DNA of 34,082 bases from Fidelibacterota bacterium (GCA_018671635.1 JABHHG010000152.1:1-34082), one strand, 5' to 3'. Counted from the first letter of the stretch, positions 9,863 through 19,834 are shown. Notes: a model not told the origin generated them from the letters alone. Program-made: numbers and translations.

Positions 9863-12800
9863 ATGCGAATAAAATTTATAATTTCAATATTAATGTTAAC
9901 GGTTTTACTTCCACGGAAGCTCCCTTCTGAAATTCAGATGGACCATTATGACTATCCTTCTTCTATTTTAGGAAAGATCGGAGACAATCCTCCCCCTGGA
10001 AACCCAATGAATGATCGGGCAAAAGGGTACCTTCTTGATGGAAAAATTAAAAGTTCAATTTTAAACTATGGCAATTTTATTGATTGGACATCCTTCCCTG
10101 CAGGATTATGGGGAGATTATGCATATTTACCCCATATCGGATTTATGGCAGGAGTTCCAGGCCATGTATTTTCAGCAGAATTTAATTGGGAATCCACACA
10201 GATTAATTCAGATGGAATAGATAAGAAATATTGGGTATCGTCTGATGGGTATGAAGAATGGTTTGAAAATGTAGATGGTAAATTTGTGGGGATGGCCTTC
10301 AATATTGAAAATGATAATGGTGAACTCTGTACAAAGACTACAAATATAGATGATGAAATGTTTACTTCATTCAAAGACTGCCTTTACCAAATCAATCATG
10401 AAACTGAAGAAGTATATTTATATTTAGATACGGAATTTAATGACCCCAATTTAACGCTTTCAAAAGCTGGACTCGTTTATCCATGGGGGAAACGCCCCCA
10501 ATTAATTGAGCGACTTAGTGAATTTGACTGGTTTGATTATGGTGATGATCAAGAAGAATGGACCGAAGATGATGAATATGTATTTTATGGATATTCTGTT
10601 TCTGAAAGTTGGTTTTCAGAAGGTTTCCCCACTAATACCGACTGGCAACCCGTTACAAAATCCCGAGAAAATACACATAACTCTCAGCTTTCAGCTGGCG
10701 ATATTTTTGGAAATACAATTTATACAGACGCAAATGACTCCTATCCTATACTTGCCCATAGTAAATACACTGAGTCATGGCCAAAAAAATATAATCCCGA
10801 AAAAGGGAATTATGAACCATTCTGGCCTGGGTGGTACGCAAAAGAATATTATGGAAATCAACCGGAAAAATGGGCTGAAGAAAATATTGAAAACTGTAAT
10901 GGAACCCGAAAAGATAAGGACTGTTGGAAGGAAAGTCCCGGCAGGTTTATTTCTGATAATGATGTTTATTTAGAGTTTGATGACCGATGGGCCCATCGAG
11001 GGAATCTCATTAGTGACAATGAATATCAACAACGTGGGTATCCATTGGGTCTGAAAGTTATGGCTGAAGCCCATTCTTATGGTGTGGCGTATGCTGAAGA
11101 TATCATGTTTGTCACTGTGAATATTCGAAATGAAAGTGGTTCTTGGATCGATGAAGATGGACAATATCACCAAGGAATGGTTATGCCAGATGGAACTCGG
11201 CTTAATGGGGGCAAAGGCTTCGACTACGAAAAGATATTCTTGGGATTCTATTTTGACTCCATAATTGTATGGGCTGATTATTTGCAAAATTATGGTGTGT
11301 GGTCAAACACCGATGATTTCATGGAATACTATTGGGATAAGGTTTATCATGATGGTGACTCCTTATTAATTAGCCTTGCCATGACATATGATTATGATGG
11401 AAATAGTAATGGTGCTACAAATATCGGTATTGCTGCAGCACAACTTTTGGATACGCCGTTGGCCACTGATCCTGTAGATTTAAATAAGGATGGTGTCATT
11501 GATATATACCCAGGTGAGCCTCTAAAAATGACGGATTGGCATTGGTTTGATTGGTATAATCGTCCGGGAGTAGTGGATCGTGAAAGTGGAATGAATTGTT
11601 GTGCGGGATATCCCGGGCGACCGCAAGCTCGTAATAAGGAAGCCATTCACTATAAGATGATGGCGGGAGATACAACTAACCTTTCCGAAGATGAAAAACG
11701 ATGGTTTTTTCATACCGCAAATCCTGCAACCGATTCAGATTTTGAATTGAATCCTCACTTTGATTCTTTAGATGGACTATTAGATGAACCTGTTTTCTCA
11801 CAAGGGCAAGAAGGATTTGATTGTATTTTTATTATGAGTTGTGGACCATTTGATTTGAAAGTAGGTGAAACAGTTCCTTTCTCATTTAGTATTATTTTTG
11901 GCGAAGACAAAGAAGACTTAATTACCAATGCCGAATTTGCTCAGCTCATGTATAACTCAAATTATCAAGGTTTTACACCTCCTAAAACACCCATTGTAAG
12001 CTCATCATTTACCAAAAATAAAATTACACTTACGTGGGATAATTCTTCTTTCTACTCTAAAGATGTATTAACTGGATATTCTGATTTTGAAGGCTACCGA
12101 ATTTACAGAAGTGACGATGGAGGCCAAACGTGGGGTGGAATTGAAGATAAAATTTATGACCTAAATGGCAACTTTTATAGTTGGAGACCCATTGCTCAAT
12201 ATGACCTCTCTGCAAAAGAGGATTCAACTCACTGTTTAAAAGGCTTTACGCATGATGGATGTGTAGATAATTTGTTTAGGGGTGAATCAATTATGGGTGA
12301 AGATCCATATGCACCATGGATAAACTTAGGAAATAATTCTGGACTCCCAAATACAAATGAGTTTAACCAATTCGTATTCATAGATTCAAATGTAGTGAAT
12401 GGTGTTGAATACACCTATTCTGTAACTGCTTATGACATGGGAATTTCACCTCGAAAAGTGAGTTATACTCAAACTGAAAATGGAAATTTTGTGAGTGATA
12501 CTACGTATATTGCAAATCCAGATAAATGGGGACGACCCAACGGTTACAACTCGATCGAATCCCCCAAGGGAACCACCATATATGATTCAAATTTCATCAC
12601 AGTTACGCCTGGGAATCAGCCACAAAGCAACCCCCTAAATGTGAAAGTAGTACCCAATCCATATGTTGCCCATAGTCATTTTAATGAAACGGAATATGTA
12701 CGGAAAATTTATTTCACCAATTTACCTTCAAAATGTAAAATAACTATCTATACAATAAATGCTGAAAAAGTGGCCACCCTTAATCATGATAGCTTAACTT

Positions 12801-12922
12801 CTGGCGATATGGATTGGGATATGCGAACTATGAATAATCAGGAAATCTCACCGGGCTTATACCTATTTTCAGTTGAAACTGATACGGATAAATTTATCGG
12901 TAAATTTGCAGTTATACGTTAA
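9863..12922 (+). CDS. Large secreted protein (1019 aa) with a fibronectin-III-like segment and an FCB-type (T9SS-like) C-terminal sorting domain
   Basis: Signal peptide; ITLTWD...DFEGYRIYRS...YTYSVTAYD (Fn3-like); C-terminal VKVVPNPY...IYFTNLP..CKITIYT...WD...GLYLFSVE...GKFAVIR. Confidence 0.8.
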   Translation: MRIKFIISILMLTVLLPRKLPSEIQMDHYDYPSSILGKIGDNPPPGNPMNDRAKGYLLDGKIKSSILNYGNFIDWTSFPAGLWGDYAYLPHIGFMAGVPGHVFSAEFNWESTQINSDGIDKKYWVSSDGYEEWFENVDGKFVGMAFNIENDNGELCTKTTNIDDEMFTSFKDCLYQINHETEEVYLYLDTEFNDPNLTLSKAGLVYPWGKRPQLIERLSEFDWFDYGDDQEEWTEDDEYVFYGYSVSESWFSEGFPTNTDWQPVTKSRENTHNSQLSAGDIFGNTIYTDANDSYPILAHSKYTESWPKKYNPEKGNYEPFWPGWYAKEYYGNQPEKWAEENIENCNGTRKDKDCWKESPGRFISDNDVYLEFDDRWAHRGNLISDNEYQQRGYPLGLKVMAEAHSYGVAYAEDIMFVTVNIRNESGSWIDEDGQYHQGMVMPDGTRLNGGKGFDYEKIFLGFYFDSIIVWADYLQNYGVWSNTDDFMEYYWDKVYHDGDSLLISLAMTYDYDGNSNGATNIGIAAAQLLDTPLATDPVDLNKDGVIDIYPGEPLKMTDWHWFDWYNRPGVVDRESGMNCCAGYPGRPQARNKEAIHYKMMAGDTTNLSEDEKRWFFHTANPATDSDFELNPHFDSLDGLLDEPVFSQGQEGFDCIFIMSCGPFDLKVGETVPFSFSIIFGEDKEDLITNAEFAQLMYNSNYQGFTPPKTPIVSSSFTKNKITLTWDNSSFYSKDVLTGYSDFEGYRIYRSDDGGQTWGGIEDKIYDLNGNFYSWRPIAQYDLSAKEDSTHCLKGFTHDGCVDNLFRGESIMGEDPYAPWINLGNNSGLPNTNEFNQFVFIDSNVVNGVEYTYSVTAYDMGISPRKVSYTQTENGNFVSDTTYIANPDKWGRPNGYNSIESPKGTTIYDSNFITVTPGNQPQSNPLNVKVVPNPYVAHSHFNETEYVRKIYFTNLPSKCKITIYTINAEKVATLNHDSLTSGDMDWDMRTMNNQEISPGLYLFSVETDTDKFIGKFAVIR

Positions 12923-13165
12923 TTATACTTGGATTGTTTTCCATGTCCCTTGCTTAACTTTCCAATACATAATCATGGCAAATAGAATTAAGTACAATCC
13001 AAAAAATGTCCACGGACCCCAGAGCCCAAACCCTTTGATAACTCCGAAATAATAACTCCCCGGAAGAAAAAAGAACCAGCATAATATTCCATCCACCATC
13101 CCTGGAAAGGCTGTATTTCCTGCACCAGATAATGCAAACCATAAAGTAATTGCCACTGCATCCGC
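12923..13165 (-). pseudogene. 3' fragment of a MATE-family efflux transporter
   Basis: ADAVAITLWFALSGAGNTAFP...GLWGPW...KVKQGTWKTIQV matches the last MATE helices (GAGxT, GxxGxW, xGxWK). About 80 aa with no N-terminal part. Confidence 0.7.
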
Positions 13166-13328
13166 AGACCATGCCGTTATGATTAAAATTAGGCCCCCAC
13201 TTCCAATCCTCTAAAATTTCAGGGTCGGCATCATGTACAATATCTCGCAATTTTTTAAAAATAGGTTTTGCATAATCGGGAGAAGTAGAAATGTAATCGT
13301 CAATTTTCTGTGATGCATCAGGATTAAT
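13161..13328 (-). pseudogene. 5' fragment of a DUF1801/YdhG-YdeI-like protein
   Basis: Reading upstream of the listed ORF gives INPDASQKIDDYISTSPDYAKPIFKKLRDIVHDADPEILEDWKWGPNFNHNGMVCG, after which similarity ends. No canonical start codon (ATT at 13328). Confidence 0.68.
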
Positions 13329-13333
13329 CTTAC

Positions 13334-15103
13334 TTATTCTGTATCCAATTTAAATATTGTATTTCCATTTACAATGGTTTCTATAACTTGTATATACTTG
13401 ATTTTATCTTCCAATACCTCCAGCGGATTCTTCTCCAAAATTACAAAATCTGCGTACTTGCCTACTTCTATAGAACCTATTTTATCATCCATTTTAATTT
13501 GCCATGCCGAATAAATGGTCATTGCTTTTAATGCAGATTCTACTGTCACTTTATTATGTGGGCCAATTAACTTGCCATCCCTAGTCTTTCTATTTACTGC
13601 AGTATGAATCAAACTAAGTGGATTGCTTGCAAACATGGGCTGATCAGCATGAAGTGAATATCGTAAAGAATGATCTTCTGCAGTGCCAACAGGTAAAATT
13701 TCGGCGGCTCGTTTTTCACCAATGATATTTTCGGCTAAAGCTTCACCATAATAATAAAGATGGTTAATATGAAAACTGGGATGGATATTCAATTTTTCCA
13801 TTTTTTGAATTGATGACTCTTCAAGGAGTAAACAATGCTCTAAGCGATGACGAGAATCTTTACCCATTTCGAGGTCAGCTTCTTGAAAAATATCTAAAAT
13901 TTCTTGAATAGCCATATCACCTTGGGCGTGTGTTGCAATTTGCCACCCGTGAGAATCATAGCTAGAAATTAATGCAGAAAATTCATCTTTATCCAGTAAA
14001 GCCACACCCGAATGTGAATGGGGAAAATGCAATTTATCAATGGTCAAATCACTCTCTAAATAGGGGTCGTCAATGTACATTGAGCCCGTATATGGAGAAC
14101 CATCATACCAAAACTTTACACCCACAATCTTGAAAAAATCATCTCCATTATTTATGGAGAGTGGGAGTAATTCAGATGCATCATTACGAATAAAAACAAA
14201 ATGTCGTACACTCGGTTTTCGCTTCGGCAACAGTCCAACTTGTGATAACAACTTATTTAAAAATGATGACCGTTCAGATGATAAATGATTATATAATCTG
14301 ATAATATTGGGATCGTCTGTAGTAATTCCCATGGCAGTAATGGTGGTATTCCCATTTTGAGCATAGGCATCTAATACCTTTACACAATTTTCTTTCAGCA
14401 TATCATTCCCCAATGCTAAAATCATGGATTCTTTGAATGGTTTAAATGCTTCTTGTTCAGAAATATAACCGGTGAGATTCCCCTCATAATCCTTTTCATA
14501 AAAACTGGATTCACTGGGGTTGGGTGAATGCTTACTTATTCCTGCAGCTTGAAAGGCCAATGTATTTGCCCAATAAGAATGCATAGGCAATGACGCAATA
14601 AATATAGGATTATTTGGGGCAATAGAATCTAAATAGTTTATATTCGGTGGGTCTAATCCATCTACTAATACTTGATCGAAACCTTTACAGAGAATCCACT
14701 CATTGGGTTTATATTGAGAAATACTTTTTTCTAAATGAGACCATACTGCTTCTTTGGAGTCATGTTTAAATCCACTCAAATCAATCATTCCATATAAAAA
14801 TGCAGATGCTACGGGATGGGTATGTGGATCAATAAATCCAGGCATAAGTGTTTTACCCTTGAGATCAATCGGTGTTGTATTTTGTTTAACTTTCTTTTCA
14901 ATTGTATGTTTATCACCAATAGCCTTGATGATGCCATTCTCAATATAGACTGCTTCTGGAGATTCTACATTATCCTCCATGGTAAGAATGTTACCATTAT
15001 AATATAGCTGTGAACTATTCGGTATAAAATTATCAGAATTATGAATGATAATTATAAAATAACCTACTACCGAAATGCCTAAAAAAATTAAAAGATTACG
15101 CAT
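13334..15103 (-). CDS. Amidohydrolase 3 family (YtcJ-like) metallohydrolase with N-terminal anchor
   Basis: DLKGKTLMPGFIDPHTH, GVKFWYDGS, HAQGD, RHRLEHC and GSIEVGKYADFVILEKNP. Confidence 0.9.
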   Translation of the reverse strand: MRNLLIFLGISVVGYFIIIIHNSDNFIPNSSQLYYNGNILTMEDNVESPEAVYIENGIIKAIGDKHTIEKKVKQNTTPIDLKGKTLMPGFIDPHTHPVASAFLYGMIDLSGFKHDSKEAVWSHLEKSISQYKPNEWILCKGFDQVLVDGLDPPNINYLDSIAPNNPIFIASLPMHSYWANTLAFQAAGISKHSPNPSESSFYEKDYEGNLTGYISEQEAFKPFKESMILALGNDMLKENCVKVLDAYAQNGNTTITAMGITTDDPNIIRLYNHLSSERSSFLNKLLSQVGLLPKRKPSVRHFVFIRNDASELLPLSINNGDDFFKIVGVKFWYDGSPYTGSMYIDDPYLESDLTIDKLHFPHSHSGVALLDKDEFSALISSYDSHGWQIATHAQGDMAIQEILDIFQEADLEMGKDSRHRLEHCLLLEESSIQKMEKLNIHPSFHINHLYYYGEALAENIIGEKRAAEILPVGTAEDHSLRYSLHADQPMFASNPLSLIHTAVNRKTRDGKLIGPHNKVTVESALKAMTIYSAWQIKMDDKIGSIEVGKYADFVILEKNPLEVLEDKIKYIQVIETIVNGNTIFKLDTE

Positions 15104-15110
15104 ACCTACC

Positions 15111-16145
15111 TTAATCTAAAATGCAATGTTCAAAATGATCTGCAAAAACAGCACCAATTAATAAGTGTTTATTATATACAGCGGACACACTTGATCCCGA
15201 TAGGATTTCACCCGAATCTAGATATATTTCATCCACCTTATGATTAAGCAATGAATCAATAGATACCCGTAATACTTGAGATGGCGATAAATTATTTTTA
15301 CTTTTGGCATGGCGAGTAAAGGCTAACATTTGGGGATGAGAACCAATCCATAAGTTTCCATTTTCATCAAGTTCAATATTATCAACACCCGTATTTATGT
15401 TAACAGATTTACTAAAAGTGAGTGCATTTGAAATTGAGTTTCGTGTATAAAACGATAACCGCTTACCTATGCTTTCTGCCACATAGACAATCTCTTTTGA
15501 AGGAGAAATATTTATGCCATTTGCATATTTAACATCGTCTAGCACCACTGTAAAATTATCCCCATCATAGAATAATACATTTGAGCTGGACAGTTGAAGA
15601 TAATCCTCTACCGTTTTAATAAATTCCGAATGACTCCCATGGTCATTAGTTACATAGAATTGATTCTCATTGATTGCCACGAGATCATTTGGACTCACCA
15701 ATTTTTCATTACTAATAGTCTTATAGTGAACCAAACTATCTTCCGAATACGTAAACATTTCTATGGTATGGGCATCTTGTTTATGATTGACTGCATAAAT
15801 ATAAATTTGATGGGGAGCTTCAAATACAGAAATTCCATGGGGATGAAAATCAAAATTTAAATTGGGCGTTAAGTTAATCAAGGTTGGTTTTTCATCGTTA
15901 AGATTATAGGCATAGATATGACCTTGAATAGGTCTCTCCGCCAACGTGGCCCACCTATTATCTGACGATATGATGGCAATTCCATTACTCAAAATAGTAA
16001 TATCTTCAGCACCATCTACCCCAAATATGGACTGACAATCCCCCTCAAAATGAGCATTTATAGTCTTAAATTCACCTGCATCATATATTGTTTTCACAAT
16101 AAAAATTGACATGGCCACAAACAACAATAGTAAAATCTTTTTTAT
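15111..16145 (-). CDS. Paraoxonase/arylesterase-like six-bladed beta-propeller lactonase (SMP-30/gluconolactonase/PON clan)
   Basis: GAEDI, FHPHGIS, AVNH, SPNDL, YVTNDH, YANGIN and VDNI motifs of PON enzymes. The frame extends to ATA-KKILLLLF at 16145; the first canonical start is TTG at 16127. Confidence 0.85.
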   Translation of the reverse strand: MKKILLLLFVAMSIFIVKTIYDAGEFKTINAHFEGDCQSIFGVDGAEDITILSNGIAIISSDNRWATLAERPIQGHIYAYNLNDEKPTLINLTPNLNFDFHPHGISVFEAPHQIYIYAVNHKQDAHTIEMFTYSEDSLVHYKTISNEKLVSPNDLVAINENQFYVTNDHGSHSEFIKTVEDYLQLSSSNVLFYDGDNFTVVLDDVKYANGINISPSKEIVYVAESIGKRLSFYTRNSISNALTFSKSVNINTGVDNIELDENGNLWIGSHPQMLAFTRHAKSKNNLSPSQVLRVSIDSLLNHKVDEIYLDSGEILSGSSVSAVYNKHLLIGAVFADHFEHCILD

Positions 16146-16174
16146 GAAATTACCTACCTATACTTTAAATTTAT

Positions 16175-16666
16175 CTAATTATTACCACTATCTATTATTA
16201 GAAGAAGAGGTACTGGCAATACCCCCGAAATACCAAATTGTTTTTGAACTTGGTTATGAAAATATATTTTTTCATAAATCATCAATCCAAAAGCCCCCAA
16301 CCAATACTTAGTTCTTTTAGAAACATTCCCATCTTTATCAATCAACTTTCCTTTTCCTGCTCCTACAACAGACATAAGAGAAATTTGGTAATCATAATAT
16401 TTATACATTTCTGAGAGAGAGTTTTTTTGATAATATGCTCTTATGCCATATGTTCTGCCCAAAAATAAAGGAAAGGTATCTTCAGAATGCTTACCAATCT
16501 TTATTCCAGAGCCAATAGTGACTTGAAAAGATAAAGACAATTTACTATCCTCTGTAATTCCAATTTGTATTCCTGGACTAATATAAGGAGTTAAGAATGA
16601 GTGAGAACCATCATGTCCGAAGGCACATCCAATCATAAATAATAATATAGTTAATCTGTAAACCAT
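16175..16666 (-). CDS. Hypothetical exported protein
   Basis: 163-aa ORF with signal peptide and beta-strand-like pattern; co-oriented with neighbours. Confidence 0.6.
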   Translation of the reverse strand: MVYRLTILLFMIGCAFGHDGSHSFLTPYISPGIQIGITEDSKLSLSFQVTIGSGIKIGKHSEDTFPLFLGRTYGIRAYYQKNSLSEMYKYYDYQISLMSVVGAGKGKLIDKDGNVSKRTKYWLGAFGLMIYEKIYFHNQVQKQFGISGVLPVPLLLIIDSGNN

Positions 16667-16684
16667 AAGATGTTTTTAAAAACT

Positions 16685-17155
16685 TTAATCAAATCTAAAG
16701 TTTAAATTTAAAAAAGGAAATCCCCAGAGTTCATAATTATCTTCCTCGCCATCTACCACTCCCACGTACCCTAACTTAATTTGAATCCAATTCGATAAAT
16801 CATATTCTAGGGAAAGTGAAGTAGACACCGTATTTATTTCTCCAGTGCCCGAATGTTGATTGTTTAAAAATAGTCTATTAAATGAAAATACAGAATTAAC
16901 AGAAAATCCATTTTGTTTAAAATAATGATGTTTTAGTCCTCCACCAATTGTGTGAAAAATAATTGATGTGCCTCCACCAAAAAATAAAGAATTCATCTCA
17001 TCCAAATTTAGATTTGAAGTGTAACCTATGAGGCTTAATCCTATTTTATCATCAAACATTCCAATTGATATATATTGCATTGAGGACTTTTCTGTTTTAT
17101 CGTGGAATCCAAAAGAAAGTCCAAACAACAACAATATAGAAAATATATATTTCAT
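16685..17155 (-). CDS. Hypothetical exported protein, possibly a small outer-membrane beta-barrel
   Basis: Signal peptide; alternating hydrophobic strands; C-terminal FLNLNFRF(D). Confidence 0.6.
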   Translation of the reverse strand: MKYIFSILLLFGLSFGFHDKTEKSSMQYISIGMFDDKIGLSLIGYTSNLNLDEMNSLFFGGGTSIIFHTIGGGLKHHYFKQNGFSVNSVFSFNRLFLNNQHSGTGEINTVSTSLSLEYDLSNWIQIKLGYVGVVDGEEDNYELWGFPFLNLNFRFD

Positions 17156-17261
17156 TATTTCCCTATATACAGTTTCTTATTTTATAATTTATCAATGGAT
17201 TAATAATAATAAATATTAAAGAAACTAATTTTAAGGAGCAGGTGGAGTTGATTAAATTCCA

Positions 17262-18395
17262 TTAATTCTGAGCCATAGCAATTTTTCTTTCGGCTGGAGT
17301 AGCATAGTTTTCATCCCAGTCCACTAATTTTTTATCCATAACCTTTCGATAGGCAAATGGTAGGAAAAATGCTAAATACAACATGCTTAAATACCCCTGT
17401 GGCATCATGGGCGCATCAGGATATGCATCCAGTTCCCAAAATTTCAAATTGGCTTTTTCATGATGAGCAGAATGCCGAGTAACATTATATAAAAGTAAAC
17501 TACTTATAATGTTATTAGAATTCCATGAATGACGTTTGCATACTGGCATATTGGGTTCTCTCACTAAACCATAATGCTCAGTATAATTAATAACCTCTAA
17601 AAACGATTTGGCCAATAATGCACATAATAGATAAAATGTCATCCCCACTATGCCACCGATTAAATATGCTCCAATTGTTATCAACAGACTCCGGGTATAT
17701 CCAATTAGCATTTTATTATGGATACCAAATGAGGTATACCCTCTCTTCTTTAAATGATCAAACTCAATAAGCCAAGCATCATGTTGCTCCTTTATAATTG
17801 CGGACAATATAAAACGGTACAATCCCTCCCCCCGTTTAGCGGTAGCGGGATCAGTAGGTAAACCAACATTTTTATGATGACCATATACATGCTCTAAGGC
17901 AAAGGCACAATCCCAAGAAAATGCCAAAAGCCAATTGCCAAAAAACATATTCAATTTGTCTTTTTTGCGGTGGGTTAACTCATGCCCGGGATTAACTCCA
18001 TTTAGGCCAATAAAAAGTGCTGATAATAGAACTAGCGATATGCCATCAAATATAGTAACTCCATCTTTGATGTGTATAAGATCGATGAATAAAAATCTAT
18101 TGTAAAAATTGACTAATAATAGGGAGCCTTGATTGCCAAATATATAGACAACCATGGTTAGAAAAATTACCAATGGAACTATGTTGATATAAATGGGCAG
18201 ATTTATCAGAAATGGATATGAATATTTTTCAGTGGATACATCCTTCCCCAAGAAAATATCCCCTAAAATTATTATAGAAGAAAAGCAGATGAAATAAATA
18301 GTGGGGGAATTTCCTCCTATTGAGCAAATTATAATTGCTGAAATAAGTAATAAAGTGGAAAGATAATATTTTAAATATTTTAACATGCAATACAC
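17262..18395 (-). CDS. alkB: Alkane 1-monooxygenase (integral-membrane di-iron hydroxylase)
   Basis: All His boxes present: HELTH, EHVYGHH, NYTEHYG (HYG motif) and RHSAHH; also DPATAKRGE and HSWNSN. Confidence 0.93.
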   Translation of the reverse strand: MYCMLKYLKYYLSTLLLISAIIICSIGGNSPTIYFICFSSIIILGDIFLGKDVSTEKYSYPFLINLPIYINIVPLVIFLTMVVYIFGNQGSLLLVNFYNRFLFIDLIHIKDGVTIFDGISLVLLSALFIGLNGVNPGHELTHRKKDKLNMFFGNWLLAFSWDCAFALEHVYGHHKNVGLPTDPATAKRGEGLYRFILSAIIKEQHDAWLIEFDHLKKRGYTSFGIHNKMLIGYTRSLLITIGAYLIGGIVGMTFYLLCALLAKSFLEVINYTEHYGLVREPNMPVCKRHSWNSNNIISSLLLYNVTRHSAHHEKANLKFWELDAYPDAPMMPQGYLSMLYLAFFLPFAYRKVMDKKLVDWDENYATPAERKIAMAQN

Positions 18396-18422
18396 CTTTT
18401 GAATAATTTAATTTTCATTAAT

Positions 18423-19043
18423 TCATATTAATTGCAATGTTTTATCGAAGGTAATTTTGCCAATTGCGGTTAATTGTGGTTTGATAATTGATAAGGATAA
18501 TACAATACCTTTTTTAATTCGTTCATCATCAAATACCTTTTTTTCGATGGAGGAATAACTGGCCCAATACCACATAATTATCCACTGCTTTTCCAATAAT
18601 TCGTCAACAATTAGAAGGGAATCTTTTTTTAATAATTTTATTTTAACTAAATTGGATAGTAGCTTAAAATAGCTCTCTTCAATGAGTCCTTTCAGTTCAC
18701 TATAACCATTCTGTAATTCTTTATCATGCTTTACTAAGCGGACACCTTCAAAAAATAAAAATTGATACGATTTTTGCACTTTAAAAAAACTGTGAAATAA
18801 GGTAGTAAAGCGTTCACTAAAATCTGAAACATCATCTAATTGAAATTGAAATATGGAGACAAGTTCACTATTGAATTGTCTAGATATTGCTCTAATAATA
18901 TCATTTTTACTGCTAAAATGATAGTATAAATTGCCCGGGCTTATACCCATTGCTTTGGCGATATGATTAGTTGATACCAAATTTGTACCCTGTTTATTGA
19001 AAAGCTTTATTGCAGTATTAATTATTTTATTTTTAGTTTTCAT
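18423..19043 (-). CDS. TetR/AcrR family transcriptional regulator (N-terminus resembles the PhaD-type subfamily)
   Basis: MKTKNKII...LFNKQG...STNHIAKAMGISPGNLYYHF helix-turn-helix; 27 nt upstream of alkB. Confidence 0.93.
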   Translation of the reverse strand: MKTKNKIINTAIKLFNKQGTNLVSTNHIAKAMGISPGNLYYHFSSKNDIIRAISRQFNSELVSIFQFQLDDVSDFSERFTTLFHSFFKVQKSYQFLFFEGVRLVKHDKELQNGYSELKGLIEESYFKLLSNLVKIKLLKKDSLLIVDELLEKQWIIMWYWASYSSIEKKVFDDERIKKGIVLSLSIIKPQLTAIGKITFDKTLQLI

Positions 19044-19057
19044 AAATACTTTATTTG

Positions 19058-19101
19058 TAGATTAATTACTCTAATATTTTAGTATAAATACTCTAATATT
19101 T
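19058..19101. promoter_or_regulatory. Two tandem imperfect palindromes, candidate TetR operators
   Basis: TAGATTAATTACTCTA (19058-19073) and TAGTATAAATACTCTA (19080-19095), both close to TAGAGT-N4-ACTCTA. They are 22 bp apart and share the direct repeat TACTCTAATATTT. Confidence 0.62.
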
Positions 19102-19171
19102 CAAATATTTTTATTATAAACTTTTTGTTCAATAAATTTATGCGATAAATTGTAAAGGAATTTTAAATATC

Positions 19172-19834
19172 GTGGGAAAAACAGCATTATTGATAGGTAG
19201 TAGTGGCTTAGTTGGCAGCCATTGTCTCGATTATTTGTTAGCTGATGAGTATTATTCCCACGTGGAAATATTGGTGAGACGACCGCTTGCAGTAGAACAT
19301 CCAAAATTAATTCAGCATGAACTAAATTTTGAGCAGTTGAATGAGGAAGTCTCAAAAATTAAAGTAAATGATGTCTATTGTTGTTTGGGTACAACCATCA
19401 AAATAGCTGGCTCCCAAGAAGCGTTTAGAGCCGTTGACTTTACCTATCCTGTCGAAATTGCTAAACTCTGCCGAGCAAATGGGGCAGATCAATTTCTGCT
19501 GGTTACTGCATTGGGGGCAAATTCAAATTCATCCATATTTTATAATCGTGTGAAAGGTGAAGTTGAAGCATCAATCTCCAAACTTGATTTCAAATCAATT
19601 TACATATTCCAACCTTCATTGTTATTGGGTAAAAGGCCTAATAGGCGTTTAGGTGAAGAAATTGGACAAAGTATTTCCAAATGGTTATCTTTTGTATTTA
19701 AAGGTCCCATAAATAAATACAAACCCATTGAAGCAAAAGCCGTGGCATTTGCCATGATACAGAGCGCCAAGACACAACTTCAGGGAACTCAAATTATTGA
19801 ATCCAGTCAAATTCAAGCTATTTATACAACCTAG
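19172..19834 (+). CDS. NAD(P)-binding oxidoreductase, YraR/TIP30(CC3)-like atypical SDR
   Basis: LIGSSGLVG Rossmann motif; CCLGTTIKIAGSQEAF, FYNRVKGEVE and QPSLLLG. Confidence 0.9.
   Translation: MGKTALLIGSSGLVGSHCLDYLLADEYYSHVEILVRRPLAVEHPKLIQHELNFEQLNEEVSKIKVNDVYCCLGTTIKIAGSQEAFRAVDFTYPVEIAKLCRANGADQFLLVTALGANSNSSIFYNRVKGEVEASISKLDFKSIYIFQPSLLLGKRPNRRLGEEIGQSISKWLSFVFKGPINKYKPIEAKAVAFAMIQSAKTQLQGTQIIESSQIQAIYTT

Noticed and set aside
12954..13250. The 98-aa ORF as a real gene
   Set aside because: Only its first 30 or so residues are DUF1801-like; the rest is an off-frame reading of the MATE fragment.
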